Shown: positions 38,957 through 49,548, counted from the stretch's first letter. The stretch: DNA of 64,000 nucleotides from Nitrosopumilaceae archaeon (GCA_965208905.1 OZ242365.1:64001-128000); one strand, 5' to 3'. Notes: generated from the sequence alone by a model not told the origin. Translations and numbers: made by a program.

Positions 38957-40422
38957 GGGAATTATATACAAAAGTACACAGCCTCGGCTGTACACTCATG
39001 CCTTTTCTGACGGCCTCGTTGTATGGAGCGGAGCATGGCGGGTGTTGGCTTGTAGTCCTCCTTGTGCCCCGGCCGTCTTAGGACGACGTTCCCCGCCGCC
39101 CTATACAGAATATTCCAGGCGGCATTGACATCCGCGTGGAATACCCCGGTACAATTAGTGCAAATGAACTTATCGCGTGATATACGCGACTCTGAATCTA
39201 CGTGACCACACACATGGCACATCTGGCTCGTATATTTGGCCGATGCCCCCAACAGCGGTATGTTGTGCATCTCACACCACTGCGCAAGCTTGCGCAGGAA
39301 CTCCCCAACATGGTTCTCCCGCATTGAACGGTTCATGGCGCGTTTGTAATTCCCGCCATGTGTGGTCATGTCTTTTACGGAGAGCGACTCGACCACGACT
39401 GCGTCCATACCATTAGTTATCTGCGCAATCGTCTGATTTATGGTGTTCGCAGCTATGTTGTTGGCCTTCCTGTATAGCCGCTTTATTTGATCATTCAATA
39501 TATGCCACTTCCGGCCATGCCGTGTCTTGCGGTCGCGCAAACTCTTGAGAGCGTCAATATCCCGCAGGATTGCTCTATGGCGGGTGTTGTGTATTGTAAC
39601 GTTGCCGTCCGTATCTACCGTGACGGCGAGATGCTTGCCGCCCACATCAACGCCACGCATTACACCCGTAGTATGGTGCGACTCTACCGGTTCATGTATG
39701 GCAATATGCAGCTCAAACATGTGGTCTGATGGTTTGGTATGCTTGTCTATACGTTTGGTGACATCAACTATCTTGAATGAGCGCATGTCCCATAATACAT
39801 TGATGGGCTTGGCGGTCTCTGCAATACCATATCCGGGGATATGTATGGTGCGCTCACCTTTTCGTACAGGCGGATTTACACTGTATAGTATGATGCGGCC
39901 GTCTTTGCGGCGGTATGGCGCATGGCCGGAGTTGTCATCCATGACTATCCTACATGCGACGGATGCATCTTGTATGGCGCCCCTGCCAAACACCATAGGC
40001 AAGTCAGATACCCATACATGTTCAGCGCGCCACTCCGTAAGCTGCTTGAACATGCCGTACTTTAATGCCATCTTTGACGGCCCAAAATCATATGTATGGT
40101 AGTCATCGTCCAGCATACCTGATGTAAAATCCAGCTTGCCCGGCAGTTTGAAGGGCTGCAGGATGTCCACTACCACCCTCTCCATATATTCGCCACCAAA
40201 CAAATACTCTGATACGGCGCGGTTGTACACATATCTTGACGCATGATTCGTGCGGTGCGCCCACTCTGCAAACAACACAGCCCTCCGTAGTGGTACCTTA
40301 ACTATCCGTACCATAATATATAATACGGTATGCTGGTATTTAAAGGGAGTTGTATGGACGCGATCCGTGGTTCAGGCATTAACTCTCAGAATCGGGGTTG
40401 TGTACTTTTGTATATAATTCCC
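38957..40422 (-). mobile_element. Non-autonomous TIR/TSD cassette (IS1595-like ends) carrying only tnpB
   Basis: Perfect 24-bp TIR GGGAATTATATACAAAAGTACACA (38957-38980, 40399-40422); 8-bp TSD GTTCTTAA (38949-38956, 40423-40430). Confidence 0.92.
38962..40314 (-). CDS. tnpB: TnpB-family RNA-guided endonuclease
   Basis: SRYVYN, GVDVGGKHLA, VVESL, TSQMCHVCG..CTNC, HADVNAAWNI; TATA TTTAAATA ~25 bp upstream. Confidence 0.92.
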   Translation of the reverse strand: MVRIVKVPLRRAVLFAEWAHRTNHASRYVYNRAVSEYLFGGEYMERVVVDILQPFKLPGKLDFTSGMLDDDYHTYDFGPSKMALKYGMFKQLTEWRAEHVWVSDLPMVFGRGAIQDASVACRIVMDDNSGHAPYRRKDGRIILYSVNPPVRKGERTIHIPGYGIAETAKPINVLWDMRSFKIVDVTKRIDKHTKPSDHMFELHIAIHEPVESHHTTGVMRGVDVGGKHLAVTVDTDGNVTIHNTRHRAILRDIDALKSLRDRKTRHGRKWHILNDQIKRLYRKANNIAANTINQTIAQITNGMDAVVVESLSVKDMTTHGGNYKRAMNRSMRENHVGEFLRKLAQWCEMHNIPLLGASAKYTSQMCHVCGHVDSESRISRDKFICTNCTGVFHADVNAAWNILYRAAGNVVLRRPGHKEDYKPTPAMLRSIQRGRQKRHECTAEAVYFCI

Positions 40423-40426
40423 GTTC

Positions 40427-40741
40427 TTAACTATGGTGTCCCGGACCCACCATGTCTTCGGCCGGCACTTCGTTGTCCCATTTACCTCTATATCCCTTAA
40501 CCAAAGCGAATATTCCGGCACCGATCAGTCCCAACACCAATCCAAAGAATGCCATCGAATATGATGCGCCAACGCCACAATCGGCAGGTTCGGGCGGACC
40601 ATCTTCAGAGTAATTCATACAGTCGTTGAACTCTGCATTCTGTACATTGATGTCACGGTATTGGTCTCCAAAGACGCCCAACACCAAAAATCCAGCAAAC
40701 ACCAAAGCCACACCGACCATAATAAAACGTATATCACTCAT
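40427..40741 (-). CDS. Small two-TM membrane protein
   Basis: Two hydrophobic helices; stop codon lies in the TSD. Confidence 0.7.
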   Translation of the reverse strand: MSDIRFIMVGVALVFAGFLVLGVFGDQYRDINVQNAEFNDCMNYSEDGPPEPADCGVGASYSMAFFGLVLGLIGAGIFALVKGYRGKWDNEVPAEDMVGPGHHS

Positions 40742-40759
40742 AGTATAGATGCCACATAC

Positions 40760-40993
40760 TCACTTTTTAAGTATGGGATTACCTTCACCATCATTTGCCC
40801 TCTCTGCATCGAATGGCTCCATGTGGGCTGCCTCACGATGCATATAACTGTGGGTCGCCCCCATCTCCTTCCTACAAAATTTTTTGTGGATGGCCGTTTC
40901 TACCTTCAAAGTGGTTTCATTCTCATGATAGAGACGAATTCCGCAATCCTTGCATACGAACTCGGGCATATCATAATTAAAGAAAAAATCCAT
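40760..40993 (-). CDS. Small putative Zn-finger protein
   Basis: CKDCG...H..FC. Confidence 0.55.
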   Translation of the reverse strand: MDFFFNYDMPEFVCKDCGIRLYHENETTLKVETAIHKKFCRKEMGATHSYMHREAAHMEPFDAERANDGEGNPILKK

Positions 40994-41054
40994 ATATTTG
41001 TTTCAAATAGGATCAAAAGGCTTGATGCAAGCCCAGATGTATAAAAATAGAAAA

Positions 41055-41864
41055 TTAAAGTTTAGGAACCAAAGAGAGTCTAGACCGTGCTGATAATACT
41101 ATTATGGATGTTATGGCTCCAGCAAGAACCACAACGGCAATTGTACCAAACTCGGGAACGGCTACGGATGTACCGACTATCTCTATCTGACTAGTACCGG
41201 CATAAAACTCAACGTTTATTGTGCGACTATCGGCACCAGACGACATCTCATCATAGGGTACTTCTTCACCATCTACAAGCACAAAGAATTGATCATCGGT
41301 ACCATCTGCTAACTGAGAGTCTATGAGTTCACGCGGCAGTGTTATGGTGATATGTCCATCGTCTGCGGACTCTATATCTATGAGCATTGAGTTGGTCTGA
41401 GGATTGGTATACATGGCCATCACACTACCGCCCATAATGTCGTACTGGGGCTCAAACTCAGTCCCATCGACCATCATTCCTGGTGTGTGCATTGCTGTAT
41501 ACATAAACGTCGTCTGTCCTATTCGGGGTGAGTTGACATGTAGTGAATATGTGGCTGTGACTGTGTACATTCCATCATGTCTCATTGTGTCCCCGGCGAG
41601 CAGTGTAAATGTGAACATGTTGTCCGGGCCGATCATTGGTTGACCTATGGCCACCAAGTCATTGTTCGGCGAGTGTACTTGTATTGTTATGCCGCCAGTG
41701 TGCCTCTGCAAGACCTGACCAGTGATTACTATGACATCTCCGTCTGCATATGACTCCATGTCCGTAGATACTGTTACGTACTCGCTCTGCTGCGCAGAAG
41801 CAGGCGCCAGCGCAAGACCTGTCATCATTGCAATTGCCAGTATTGCTGCTAAAGTTATCTTCAT
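41055..41864 (-). CDS. PEFG-CTERM sorting-domain surface protein
   Basis: Signal peptide MKITLAA; C-terminal VPEFGTIA plus TM helix and basic tail. Confidence 0.88.
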   Translation of the reverse strand: MKITLAAILAIAMMTGLALAPASAQQSEYVTVSTDMESYADGDVIVITGQVLQRHTGGITIQVHSPNNDLVAIGQPMIGPDNMFTFTLLAGDTMRHDGMYTVTATYSLHVNSPRIGQTTFMYTAMHTPGMMVDGTEFEPQYDIMGGSVMAMYTNPQTNSMLIDIESADDGHITITLPRELIDSQLADGTDDQFFVLVDGEEVPYDEMSSGADSRTINVEFYAGTSQIEIVGTSVAVPEFGTIAVVVLAGAITSIIVLSARSRLSLVPKL

Positions 41865-42017
41865 TATAATATCCCCTGTCACTTTTTTATTTAAATGTGT
41901 AATCAATATTCGTTGGCTTTTAGCTCAACTTTTTTAATCTAACTTTAAATCTAATTAACTATATATAGAGACCTTATGTTTGTACATTAACTTTGTGTGT
42001 TGCTGAGGTAGGTATTA

Positions 42018-42269
42018 GTGGTAGTTAGAAGAAATAAAATTTTGGTACCGGATCATGAATACGTCCCTGTACATGAGATAATGACCAGAGAAGAAGCTCA
42101 AGAGGTGCTTGATAGATACAACTGTACTCCAACTGAACTACCTTTGATCTATGTGACGGATCCTGCAATAGTTGGTTTGGGTGTTCGGCCTGGAGATATG
42201 ATCAGAATCCTGCGCAAGAGTCCCACGGCAGGTGAGAGTATATACTATAGGTATGTGGTGGATGTATGA
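42018..42269 (+). CDS. rpoH: RNA polymerase subunit H (Rpo5)
   Basis: HEYVPVHEI, LP.I...DP, R.SPTAG. Confidence 0.95.
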   Translation: MVVRRNKILVPDHEYVPVHEIMTREEAQEVLDRYNCTPTELPLIYVTDPAIVGLGVRPGDMIRILRKSPTAGESIYYRYVVDV

Positions 42270-45200
42270 ACGAAGCATCAAAATGGTGGCCAGTAATTCA
42301 TAATATACTAAAGAGTGAGGGCACGGCGCGTCAGCACCTCAACTCTTTCAATGACTTTTTGGAGACGGAACTTCAAAATATAATAAATGACGTAGGTCAA
42401 GTGGAGATTGAAAATGCCGAGTACCCATACAGGATACAGATGGGCCGAATAAAGTTACTGGAACCCCGCATGATGGAGTTGGATGGCTCCATCACTCATA
42501 TAATGCCCGGTGAGGCACGACTTAGAAACGTATCTTATGCTGCCCCCATAATGATGGAGACCATAGTTGTAGAGGAAGGTAAGATACTAGAGTCCAGATA
42601 CGTACACATCGGTGATATGCCCATCATGGTAAAATCTAGTAAATGCATATTGAATAATCGTACAGACAAGACCCTTATAGAATATGGTGAAGATGCTAAT
42701 GACCCGGGTGGCTACTTTATCATAAACGGCTCCGAGCGGGTCATTGTGGGCTTGGAAGATCTCTCGTATAACAAGATAATGGTGGATCATGAGACTGTGG
42801 GTGGCAACCCCGTGTATAAGGCCAAAGTATACTCTTCCATAACCGGCTTTCGTGCAAAATTGGAACTGACAATGAAGATGGATGGCCTAATTCTGGTAAA
42901 GACGCCTAACACGCCGGTAGACATACCGGTGGCCATACTGATGCGTGCATTGGGACTTGAAACCGACAAAGAGATTGCTGATACTGTATCACTAATAGAT
43001 GATATACAAGACCAGATGGAGACCTCGTTTGAAAAGTCCAGTGATGTATCTACCACAAAGGATGCCATAGTATACATCAGTAAGAGAATCGCCCCGGGCA
43101 TGCTTGAAGAGTTTCAGATAAAACGTGCCGAGACACTCTTGGATTGGGCCCTACTGCCACATCTGGGTAAGAAACCAGAGAATCGCCGACAGAAGGCTCA
43201 ATTTTTGGGTGAGGCCGTCTGTAAACTGTTGGAGCTGCGCATGGGCAAGATAATCCCAGATGATAAGGACCACTACGGCAACAAGGTGATAAAGTTTGCT
43301 GGCCATCTCCTCTCAGAGATATTTAGGACTGCCTTCAAGAACCTGATTCGTGATATGAAGTACCAATTGGAGAGATCTGGTCAAAAACGTGGAATCAGTG
43401 CAGTCTCTGCTGCCATACGACCCGGCATAATCACCGACAAGATGAATAATGCCATCGCCACTGGAAACTGGGGTCGTGGGCGTGCTGGCATAACACAACT
43501 GTTGGATCGTACCAACTACCTGTCTACGGTCAGCCATCTTCGTCGTATACAGTCACCATTGAGCCGCACACAACCCAATTATGAAGCACGTGATCTACAC
43601 TCTACACACTTTGGACGAATATGTCCTAGCGAGACTCCTGAAGGTTCCAACTGTGGCCTAGTCAAAAATCTGGCCCTATCGGCGATAATATCGGTGGACG
43701 GTCCTAGTGAAGAGATAACTGAAAAGATATACGAGCTAGGCGCCCTACCCTTTGATGAGGCAGGTACACTGCGAAGAGATGGTACGCGGGTATTTGTGGA
43801 TGGCAAACTGGTGGGTTACTATAAAGACGGTGATGAACTATCCTTTACACTACGTGAGTTGCGTCGCGAGGCCAAGATACATCATCATATTGGCATATCG
43901 TACCATCCGGCCGAGATGGAGGGTGCTGCTAACAGAATATATGTGAACTGTAATGCTGGTCGTGTACTGCGGCCACTCTTAGTAGTGAAAGATGGCAAAC
44001 CGCTTCTGGATGACTCCATTCTGGAGAAGGTGGATACTGAACTGACATGGAGAAATCTACTCTCCATGGGTGTCATAGAGTTGGTGGATGCCAATGAGGA
44101 GGAGAATACCTACATTGCCATGTCCCAGAGAGACCTCACAGCACAACACACTCACATGGAGATATTCCCACCATCAATTCTAGGAGCGGGGGCATCCACG
44201 ATTCCCTATCCAGAACACAACCAGTCTCCCCGTAACACCTATGGATCGGCCATGGCAAAACAAAGCTTGGGATTCTCCACACCAATAATGAACACCAGCA
44301 CGTATGTGCGTCAACACATAATGCTGTATCCACAGATACCCATAGTGAATACTAGGGCCATGGGTCTGTTGGGACTTGAAGATAGACCTGCTGGACAAAA
44401 TTGCGTTGTGGCAGTATTACCGTTTGATGGGTATAATATAGAAGATGCCATAGTACTCAGTCAGGCATCTGTGGATAGAGGATTGGGCAGAACCTTCTTC
44501 TTTAGGATATATGATGCCGAATCAAAGCAGTATCCCGGCGGCGAGCGAGATAACTTTGAGATTCCCAGCGCCGAAGATCGTATTCGTGGTTATAAGGGGG
44601 ATAGGGCATACGGCCTACTTGAACAAGACGGCTCTGTGGCATCCGAGTCCAAGGTGGAGGGCGGAAACATTCTGATAGGAAAGACCAGCCCACCTAGATA
44701 CAATCAAGAGTTTCGTGAAGTTGAGATGGTGGGCCGTGAACGCCGTGACACATCCATAGGTGTTAGACCATCTGAGAATGGCTATGTAGATACAGTAGTC
44801 ATGACACAGTCCAGTGAAGGTGGTAAGATGTACAAGATACGAGTGCGCGATATGCGTATCCCTGAGATTGGTGATAAGTTTGCATCAAGACATGGTCAAA
44901 AGGGAGTTTTGGGCATTTTAGCCAAGAATGAGGATCTACCATATACTGCTGATGGTATATCTCCGGATGTCTTGATCAACCCACATGCATTTCCCTCTAG
45001 AATGACGGTGGGGATGTTCATGGAGTCCATCTGTGGCAAGGCTGCAGCTCTACGGGGCAGTAAGTTTGATGGCTCTGCATTTGTGGGTGAAAAGATGGAC
45101 GAAGTCAGAGAAGCCATGGATGCAGCAGGCTTCCAATACTCGGGCAAGGAGATTATGTATGATGGACGTACAGGAAAACAGTTCCCCGTTGAGGTCTTTA

Positions 45201-45607
45201 TCGGAGTTGTATATTATCAAAAGTTACACCACATGGTGGCCGATAAGATTCATGCTAGGTCTCGAGGTCAGGTCCAAATGCTTACAAAACAACCCACAGA
45301 AGGACGGGCCCGGGGTGGCGGATTGAGATTTGGGGAGATGGAGAGGGACTGCTTGATAGCCTATGGCGCCTCTATGATACTAAAAGATAGACTCTTGGAC
45401 GAGTCAGACAAATCTGACATATTTGTATGTGAAAGATGTGGACTGGTTGCATATCAAGAACAGAAACACAACAGATACGTCTGCCGCGTGTGTGGAGATA
45501 AAGCAAAAGTTTCATCAGTATCTGTAGCATATGCCTTCAAACTATTACTTCAAGAGATGCAAAGTCTTAATGTGGCCCCCCGACTGCTAATTCGGGAGAA
45601 GGTGTGA
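42266..45607 (+). CDS. rpoB: RNA polymerase subunit B (Rpo2), unsplit
   Basis: GGYFIINGSER, ETPEG, GDKFASRHGQKG, RFGEMERD. Confidence 0.97.
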   Translation: MNEASKWWPVIHNILKSEGTARQHLNSFNDFLETELQNIINDVGQVEIENAEYPYRIQMGRIKLLEPRMMELDGSITHIMPGEARLRNVSYAAPIMMETIVVEEGKILESRYVHIGDMPIMVKSSKCILNNRTDKTLIEYGEDANDPGGYFIINGSERVIVGLEDLSYNKIMVDHETVGGNPVYKAKVYSSITGFRAKLELTMKMDGLILVKTPNTPVDIPVAILMRALGLETDKEIADTVSLIDDIQDQMETSFEKSSDVSTTKDAIVYISKRIAPGMLEEFQIKRAETLLDWALLPHLGKKPENRRQKAQFLGEAVCKLLELRMGKIIPDDKDHYGNKVIKFAGHLLSEIFRTAFKNLIRDMKYQLERSGQKRGISAVSAAIRPGIITDKMNNAIATGNWGRGRAGITQLLDRTNYLSTVSHLRRIQSPLSRTQPNYEARDLHSTHFGRICPSETPEGSNCGLVKNLALSAIISVDGPSEEITEKIYELGALPFDEAGTLRRDGTRVFVDGKLVGYYKDGDELSFTLRELRREAKIHHHIGISYHPAEMEGAANRIYVNCNAGRVLRPLLVVKDGKPLLDDSILEKVDTELTWRNLLSMGVIELVDANEEENTYIAMSQRDLTAQHTHMEIFPPSILGAGASTIPYPEHNQSPRNTYGSAMAKQSLGFSTPIMNTSTYVRQHIMLYPQIPIVNTRAMGLLGLEDRPAGQNCVVAVLPFDGYNIEDAIVLSQASVDRGLGRTFFFRIYDAESKQYPGGERDNFEIPSAEDRIRGYKGDRAYGLLEQDGSVASESKVEGGNILIGKTSPPRYNQEFREVEMVGRERRDTSIGVRPSENGYVDTVVMTQSSEGGKMYKIRVRDMRIPEIGDKFASRHGQKGVLGILAKNEDLPYTADGISPDVLINPHAFPSRMTVGMFMESICGKAAALRGSKFDGSAFVGEKMDEVREAMDAAGFQYSGKEIMYDGRTGKQFPVEVFIGVVYYQKLHHMVADKIHARSRGQVQMLTKQPTEGRARGGGLRFGEMERDCLIAYGASMILKDRLLDESDKSDIFVCERCGLVAYQEQKHNRYVCRVCGDKAKVSSVSVAYAFKLLLQEMQSLNVAPRLLIREKV

Positions 45608-45608
45608 T

Positions 45609-48600
45609 ATGTCCGTAGAGACTGTAAAATCAATTAACGGTATACGATTTTCGGTCTGGTCTCCTGCAGAGATACGTAAATACTCGGTGGCTGAGATAAC
45701 CGCACCTGAGACATACGATGAGGAGGGCTCGCCGGTACACGGTGGCCTGATGGATGGCCATTTGGGAGTTTTGGAACCGGGCCAGAGATGCCTCACATGT
45801 AACAAGACCACTGCTGAGTGTCCAGGGCACTTTGGCCGTATAGAGCTCTCTGAACCCGTTATGCACATAGCATTCATCAATCATATACACAGGCTATTAC
45901 AGTCCATGTGTCGCACCTGTTCTCGATTGAAGGTGCCACAAGAGACACTAGATGAGTTTCTGCGTATACGTAACAAACAGGCCGCATATGCCCTAATGTC
46001 ACAGAAGAAGATACCTGATCAAATAGTCGACAGAGCCCGCAAGGCTAAAGAATGTCCTCATTGCGGCGCACCACAACAGGAACTATTATTCACAAAGCCC
46101 ACTACATTTGTCGAAAAAACCGACGAGGAGGAGAACCGTCTGCTCCCCGGTAATATACGTGATCGTTTCGTCAAGATAACTGATGATGATCTCTTGTTGT
46201 TGGGATATGATCCCAGCACTGCTCGGCCTGAGTGGTTCATACTACAAGCCTTACCTGTACCCCCAGTCACTGTACGACCATCCATAATACTAGAGACTGG
46301 CATAAGGTCTGAGGATGATCTGACACACAAACTAGTAGACATAATACGAGTGAATCAACGACTCAAAGAGAGTAAGGAGGCAGGCACCCCACCTCTTATA
46401 GTTCAAGATTTAATCGACCTGCTACAGTATCACTCTACTACATACTTTGATAATGAAGTGTCTGGCATACCCCAAGCACATCATCGTTCTGGTCGCCCTC
46501 TAAAGACACTGACTCAACGCTTAAAGGGAAAAGAAGGACGTTTTCGAGGTTCATTATCTGGAAAGCGAGTAGACTTTTCCAGCAGGACTGTCATATCCCC
46601 AGATCCAAACCTGGATCTCTCCGAAGTGGGTGTCCCTGTATCCGTTGCGACTAAGCTGACTATTCCCGAGGTGGTCACTGAGTGGAACATTGAGAAGATA
46701 AAAAAATTAGTGATCAACGGTCCTAATACGTATCCTGGTGTCAACTATATAATGAGACCTGATATGATCAAAATACGCCTAGACTTTGTGGAGGATCGAA
46801 GTGGTATTGCTGATAATATAGAGGTGGGTTACGTGGTAGAGCGGCATCTAGCTGATGGCGATGTTGTAATGTTTAACCGACAACCCTCTCTACACCAGAT
46901 GTCGATAATGGCACACTACGTAAAGGTACTACCAGGGAAAACATTCCGACTACATCCATCTGTATGCCCACCGTATAATGCAGACTTTGATGGAGATGAG
47001 ATGAATCTACACGTGCCACAGAGCGAGGAGGCCAGGGCCGAGGCAATACTTTTGATGCAGGTACAAGATCAGTTGATATCTCCCAGATATGGCGGACCCA
47101 TAATTGGCGGCCTTCGGGATTTCATAAGCGGCTCGTATCTACTAACCAAAGACGATACAGTTCTACATGCAGATGAGTTCTCCAATTTGGCCATGTTAGG
47201 TGGCTATGAGGGCAAACTGCCCGAACCTAAAGTCCAAAATTCTGACGTGCCATTATACACGGGCAAGCAACTATTCTCACTATTCTTGCCCAGAGACTTT
47301 AACTATACAATGACATCAAAGTGGTCGAAGGGTACCAGCGGTGCAGAAAAAGATATTGTAATCAAGAACGGTCAGCTGATACAAGGCGTAATTGACAAGT
47401 CTGCCATTGGTGCTGAAGAGCCTGAGAGTGTCTTACATCGTTTGGCCAAAGATTATGACAACGCCACTGCCAAAAAGTTTCTCAACTCTGTTCTAATAAT
47501 AGTAAAGCAGTTCATCACGCACTATGGCTTCAGCTATGGGTATGGCGACTTGGTCATACCTGAAGAACGTAGACTATCAATCCTTGATGATATCGATTAC
47601 TCGTACTCACAAGTAGACTCTATGATACGGAGTTACAAAGATGGTAAATTTACCGCTAGTCGTGGAATGTCACTTAAGGAGACTCTGGAGTCAAAGATAG
47701 TTGGTGAACTTTCAAAGGCTCGTGACTCTGCAGGAAATGCTGCTGATAAGGCTATGGATGAGACCAACCCAGCTAGAATCATGGCTACAACAGGTGCTCG
47801 AGGCTCATCATTGAATATTGGCCAGATGGCTGGAGCACTAGGACAGCAGTCCCGGCGCGGAACTAGATTGGATGTGGGGTATAACAACAGGGCCCTGCCC
47901 CACTTTGTACAGAATGATAAAAATCCTGACGCACATGGCTTTGTTCGCGCCAACTACAGAGACGGACTATCCACATTGGAGTTCTTCTTTCATGCCATGG
48001 GTGGTCGTGAGGGGCTTGTAGATACGGCGGTGCGTACTCAACAGAGCGGATACATGCAACGGAGGCTCATAAACGCTCTGGAGCATATACGATTAGAGTA
48101 TGATAATACCGTACGTGATCCACATGGTCACATAATACAATTTCTGTACGGTGAAGATGGCATTGATGTGGCAAAGAGCGATCATGGTGAAGCCTTTAAC
48201 ATTGAAAGAAAGATAGAGTCTCAAAGAATGGTAGACTCCGGTCCGCCCGCCACCGAGGAGCAGATTGAAGAAGTGATCAACAAATATACAAAGACGTTCA
48301 ACCCACGTCTAAAAGAGACTGTAACAAAAGCAATACAGAACTCTAACCTATCCAATGATGGTATAGAGCATGTGTGCCGTCAGGGGTTGGAGTTATACAA
48401 CAAGGCCAAAGTAGAACCTGGCCAAGCTGTGGGCATAGTCACTGCCCAATCAATAGGTGAACCTGGTACTCAAATGACTCTACGTACTTTCCACTTTGCG
48501 GGAATTCGAGAACGCAATGTTACTCTGGGATTGCCAAGATTGATAGAACTAGTAGATGCGCGTAAAAACCCAAACACCCCCATCATGGACATATCTTTAG

Positions 48601-49412
48601 ATGAGGAGTCGTCCACCTCCAAAGACGCAGCGTTATCTGTAGCAAAGAATATCATGCAGACGCGTCTATCTGATGTTGTCCTGGATACAGAGACTGACTA
48701 TCTCACATGGATCAGATTTACGCTAAACGAGAGGATTATGAAAGCCAGAGACATCACCATGGATGACATACTAGAGATACTATCATCTAGTAAAAAGTTC
48801 ACCATAGAGACATCGCCAATGCAACTACTGCTGCGACTCACCGAAGAGTCGGATGCTTCGGCAGTCATAACCCTACGCGACAAGTTAAAAAAGACACTTA
48901 TCAAAGGGGTTGCCAATGTTGGCAGAGTATCCTTGGTGCAGAAAGGAGATAAATGGATGATACAGACTATTGGTTCTAACCTCTCCAAAATATTGACTGT
49001 CGCTGGAGTTGCCAACACCCGTGTCAAGACTAATAATGTATTTGAGATTGCCGAGACACTGGGCATAGAGGCGGCTCGTAACTCTCTGATATACGAGATA
49101 CATAATACACTTGAAGATCAGGGCTTGGAGGTTGATGTTCGATATATAATGTTGGTGGCTGATTTGATGTGTGCGCAAGGCCACATGCAACAGATAGGCC
49201 GACACGGTGTGGCTGGCACAAAAGATAGTGTGCTAGCCCGAGCTGCATTTGAGATTACAGTACCCACTATAGCTCATGCTGCATTGGCCGGAGAGGTGGA
49301 GAATCTACGCGGCGTAACTGAAAACGTAATTGTTGGTAGTGACATCCCCATTGGAAGTGGAACTGTGGACTTGTACATGCATGTCAACAAGAAGCGTGAC
49401 ACTGACAAATAA
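45609..49412 (+). CDS. rpoA: RNA polymerase subunit A (Rpo1), fused A'+A''
   Basis: CPGHFG, NADFDGDEMN, and GEPGTQMTL in one ORF. Confidence 0.97.
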   Translation: MSVETVKSINGIRFSVWSPAEIRKYSVAEITAPETYDEEGSPVHGGLMDGHLGVLEPGQRCLTCNKTTAECPGHFGRIELSEPVMHIAFINHIHRLLQSMCRTCSRLKVPQETLDEFLRIRNKQAAYALMSQKKIPDQIVDRARKAKECPHCGAPQQELLFTKPTTFVEKTDEEENRLLPGNIRDRFVKITDDDLLLLGYDPSTARPEWFILQALPVPPVTVRPSIILETGIRSEDDLTHKLVDIIRVNQRLKESKEAGTPPLIVQDLIDLLQYHSTTYFDNEVSGIPQAHHRSGRPLKTLTQRLKGKEGRFRGSLSGKRVDFSSRTVISPDPNLDLSEVGVPVSVATKLTIPEVVTEWNIEKIKKLVINGPNTYPGVNYIMRPDMIKIRLDFVEDRSGIADNIEVGYVVERHLADGDVVMFNRQPSLHQMSIMAHYVKVLPGKTFRLHPSVCPPYNADFDGDEMNLHVPQSEEARAEAILLMQVQDQLISPRYGGPIIGGLRDFISGSYLLTKDDTVLHADEFSNLAMLGGYEGKLPEPKVQNSDVPLYTGKQLFSLFLPRDFNYTMTSKWSKGTSGAEKDIVIKNGQLIQGVIDKSAIGAEEPESVLHRLAKDYDNATAKKFLNSVLIIVKQFITHYGFSYGYGDLVIPEERRLSILDDIDYSYSQVDSMIRSYKDGKFTASRGMSLKETLESKIVGELSKARDSAGNAADKAMDETNPARIMATTGARGSSLNIGQMAGALGQQSRRGTRLDVGYNNRALPHFVQNDKNPDAHGFVRANYRDGLSTLEFFFHAMGGREGLVDTAVRTQQSGYMQRRLINALEHIRLEYDNTVRDPHGHIIQFLYGEDGIDVAKSDHGEAFNIERKIESQRMVDSGPPATEEQIEEVINKYTKTFNPRLKETVTKAIQNSNLSNDGIEHVCRQGLELYNKAKVEPGQAVGIVTAQSIGEPGTQMTLRTFHFAGIRERNVTLGLPRLIELVDARKNPNTPIMDISLDEESSTSKDAALSVAKNIMQTRLSDVVLDTETDYLTWIRFTLNERIMKARDITMDDILEILSSSKKFTIETSPMQLLLRLTEESDASAVITLRDKLKKTLIKGVANVGRVSLVQKGDKWMIQTIGSNLSKILTVAGVANTRVKTNNVFEIAETLGIEAARNSLIYEIHNTLEDQGLEVDVRYIMLVADLMCAQGHMQQIGRHGVAGTKDSVLARAAFEITVPTIAHAALAGEVENLRGVTENVIVGSDIPIGSGTVDLYMHVNKKRDTDK

Positions 49413-49443
49413 TTATATTTGAAACACATATTGTATAGAACGT

Positions 49444-49548
49444 AGCCCGATAGTCTAGCGGTCAATTGAATTCAGGCCAATGATCTCGCGCTCTGGACAT
49501 GATACAGAGGGATACGCGGGGACGGCAGTTCGAATCTGCCTCGGGCTA
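49444..49548 (+). tRNA. tRNA-Gln(CTG) with two introns
   Basis: Acceptor AGCCCGA/TCGGGCT. Removing 49466-49480 (D-loop) and 49497-49513 (37/38) gives a 73-nt cloverleaf with CTG anticodon; BHB-like pairings. Confidence 0.85.

Noticed and set aside
45609-49412. Fused RpoA'/A''
   Set aside because: Established trait of Thaumarchaeota; used only for taxonomy.
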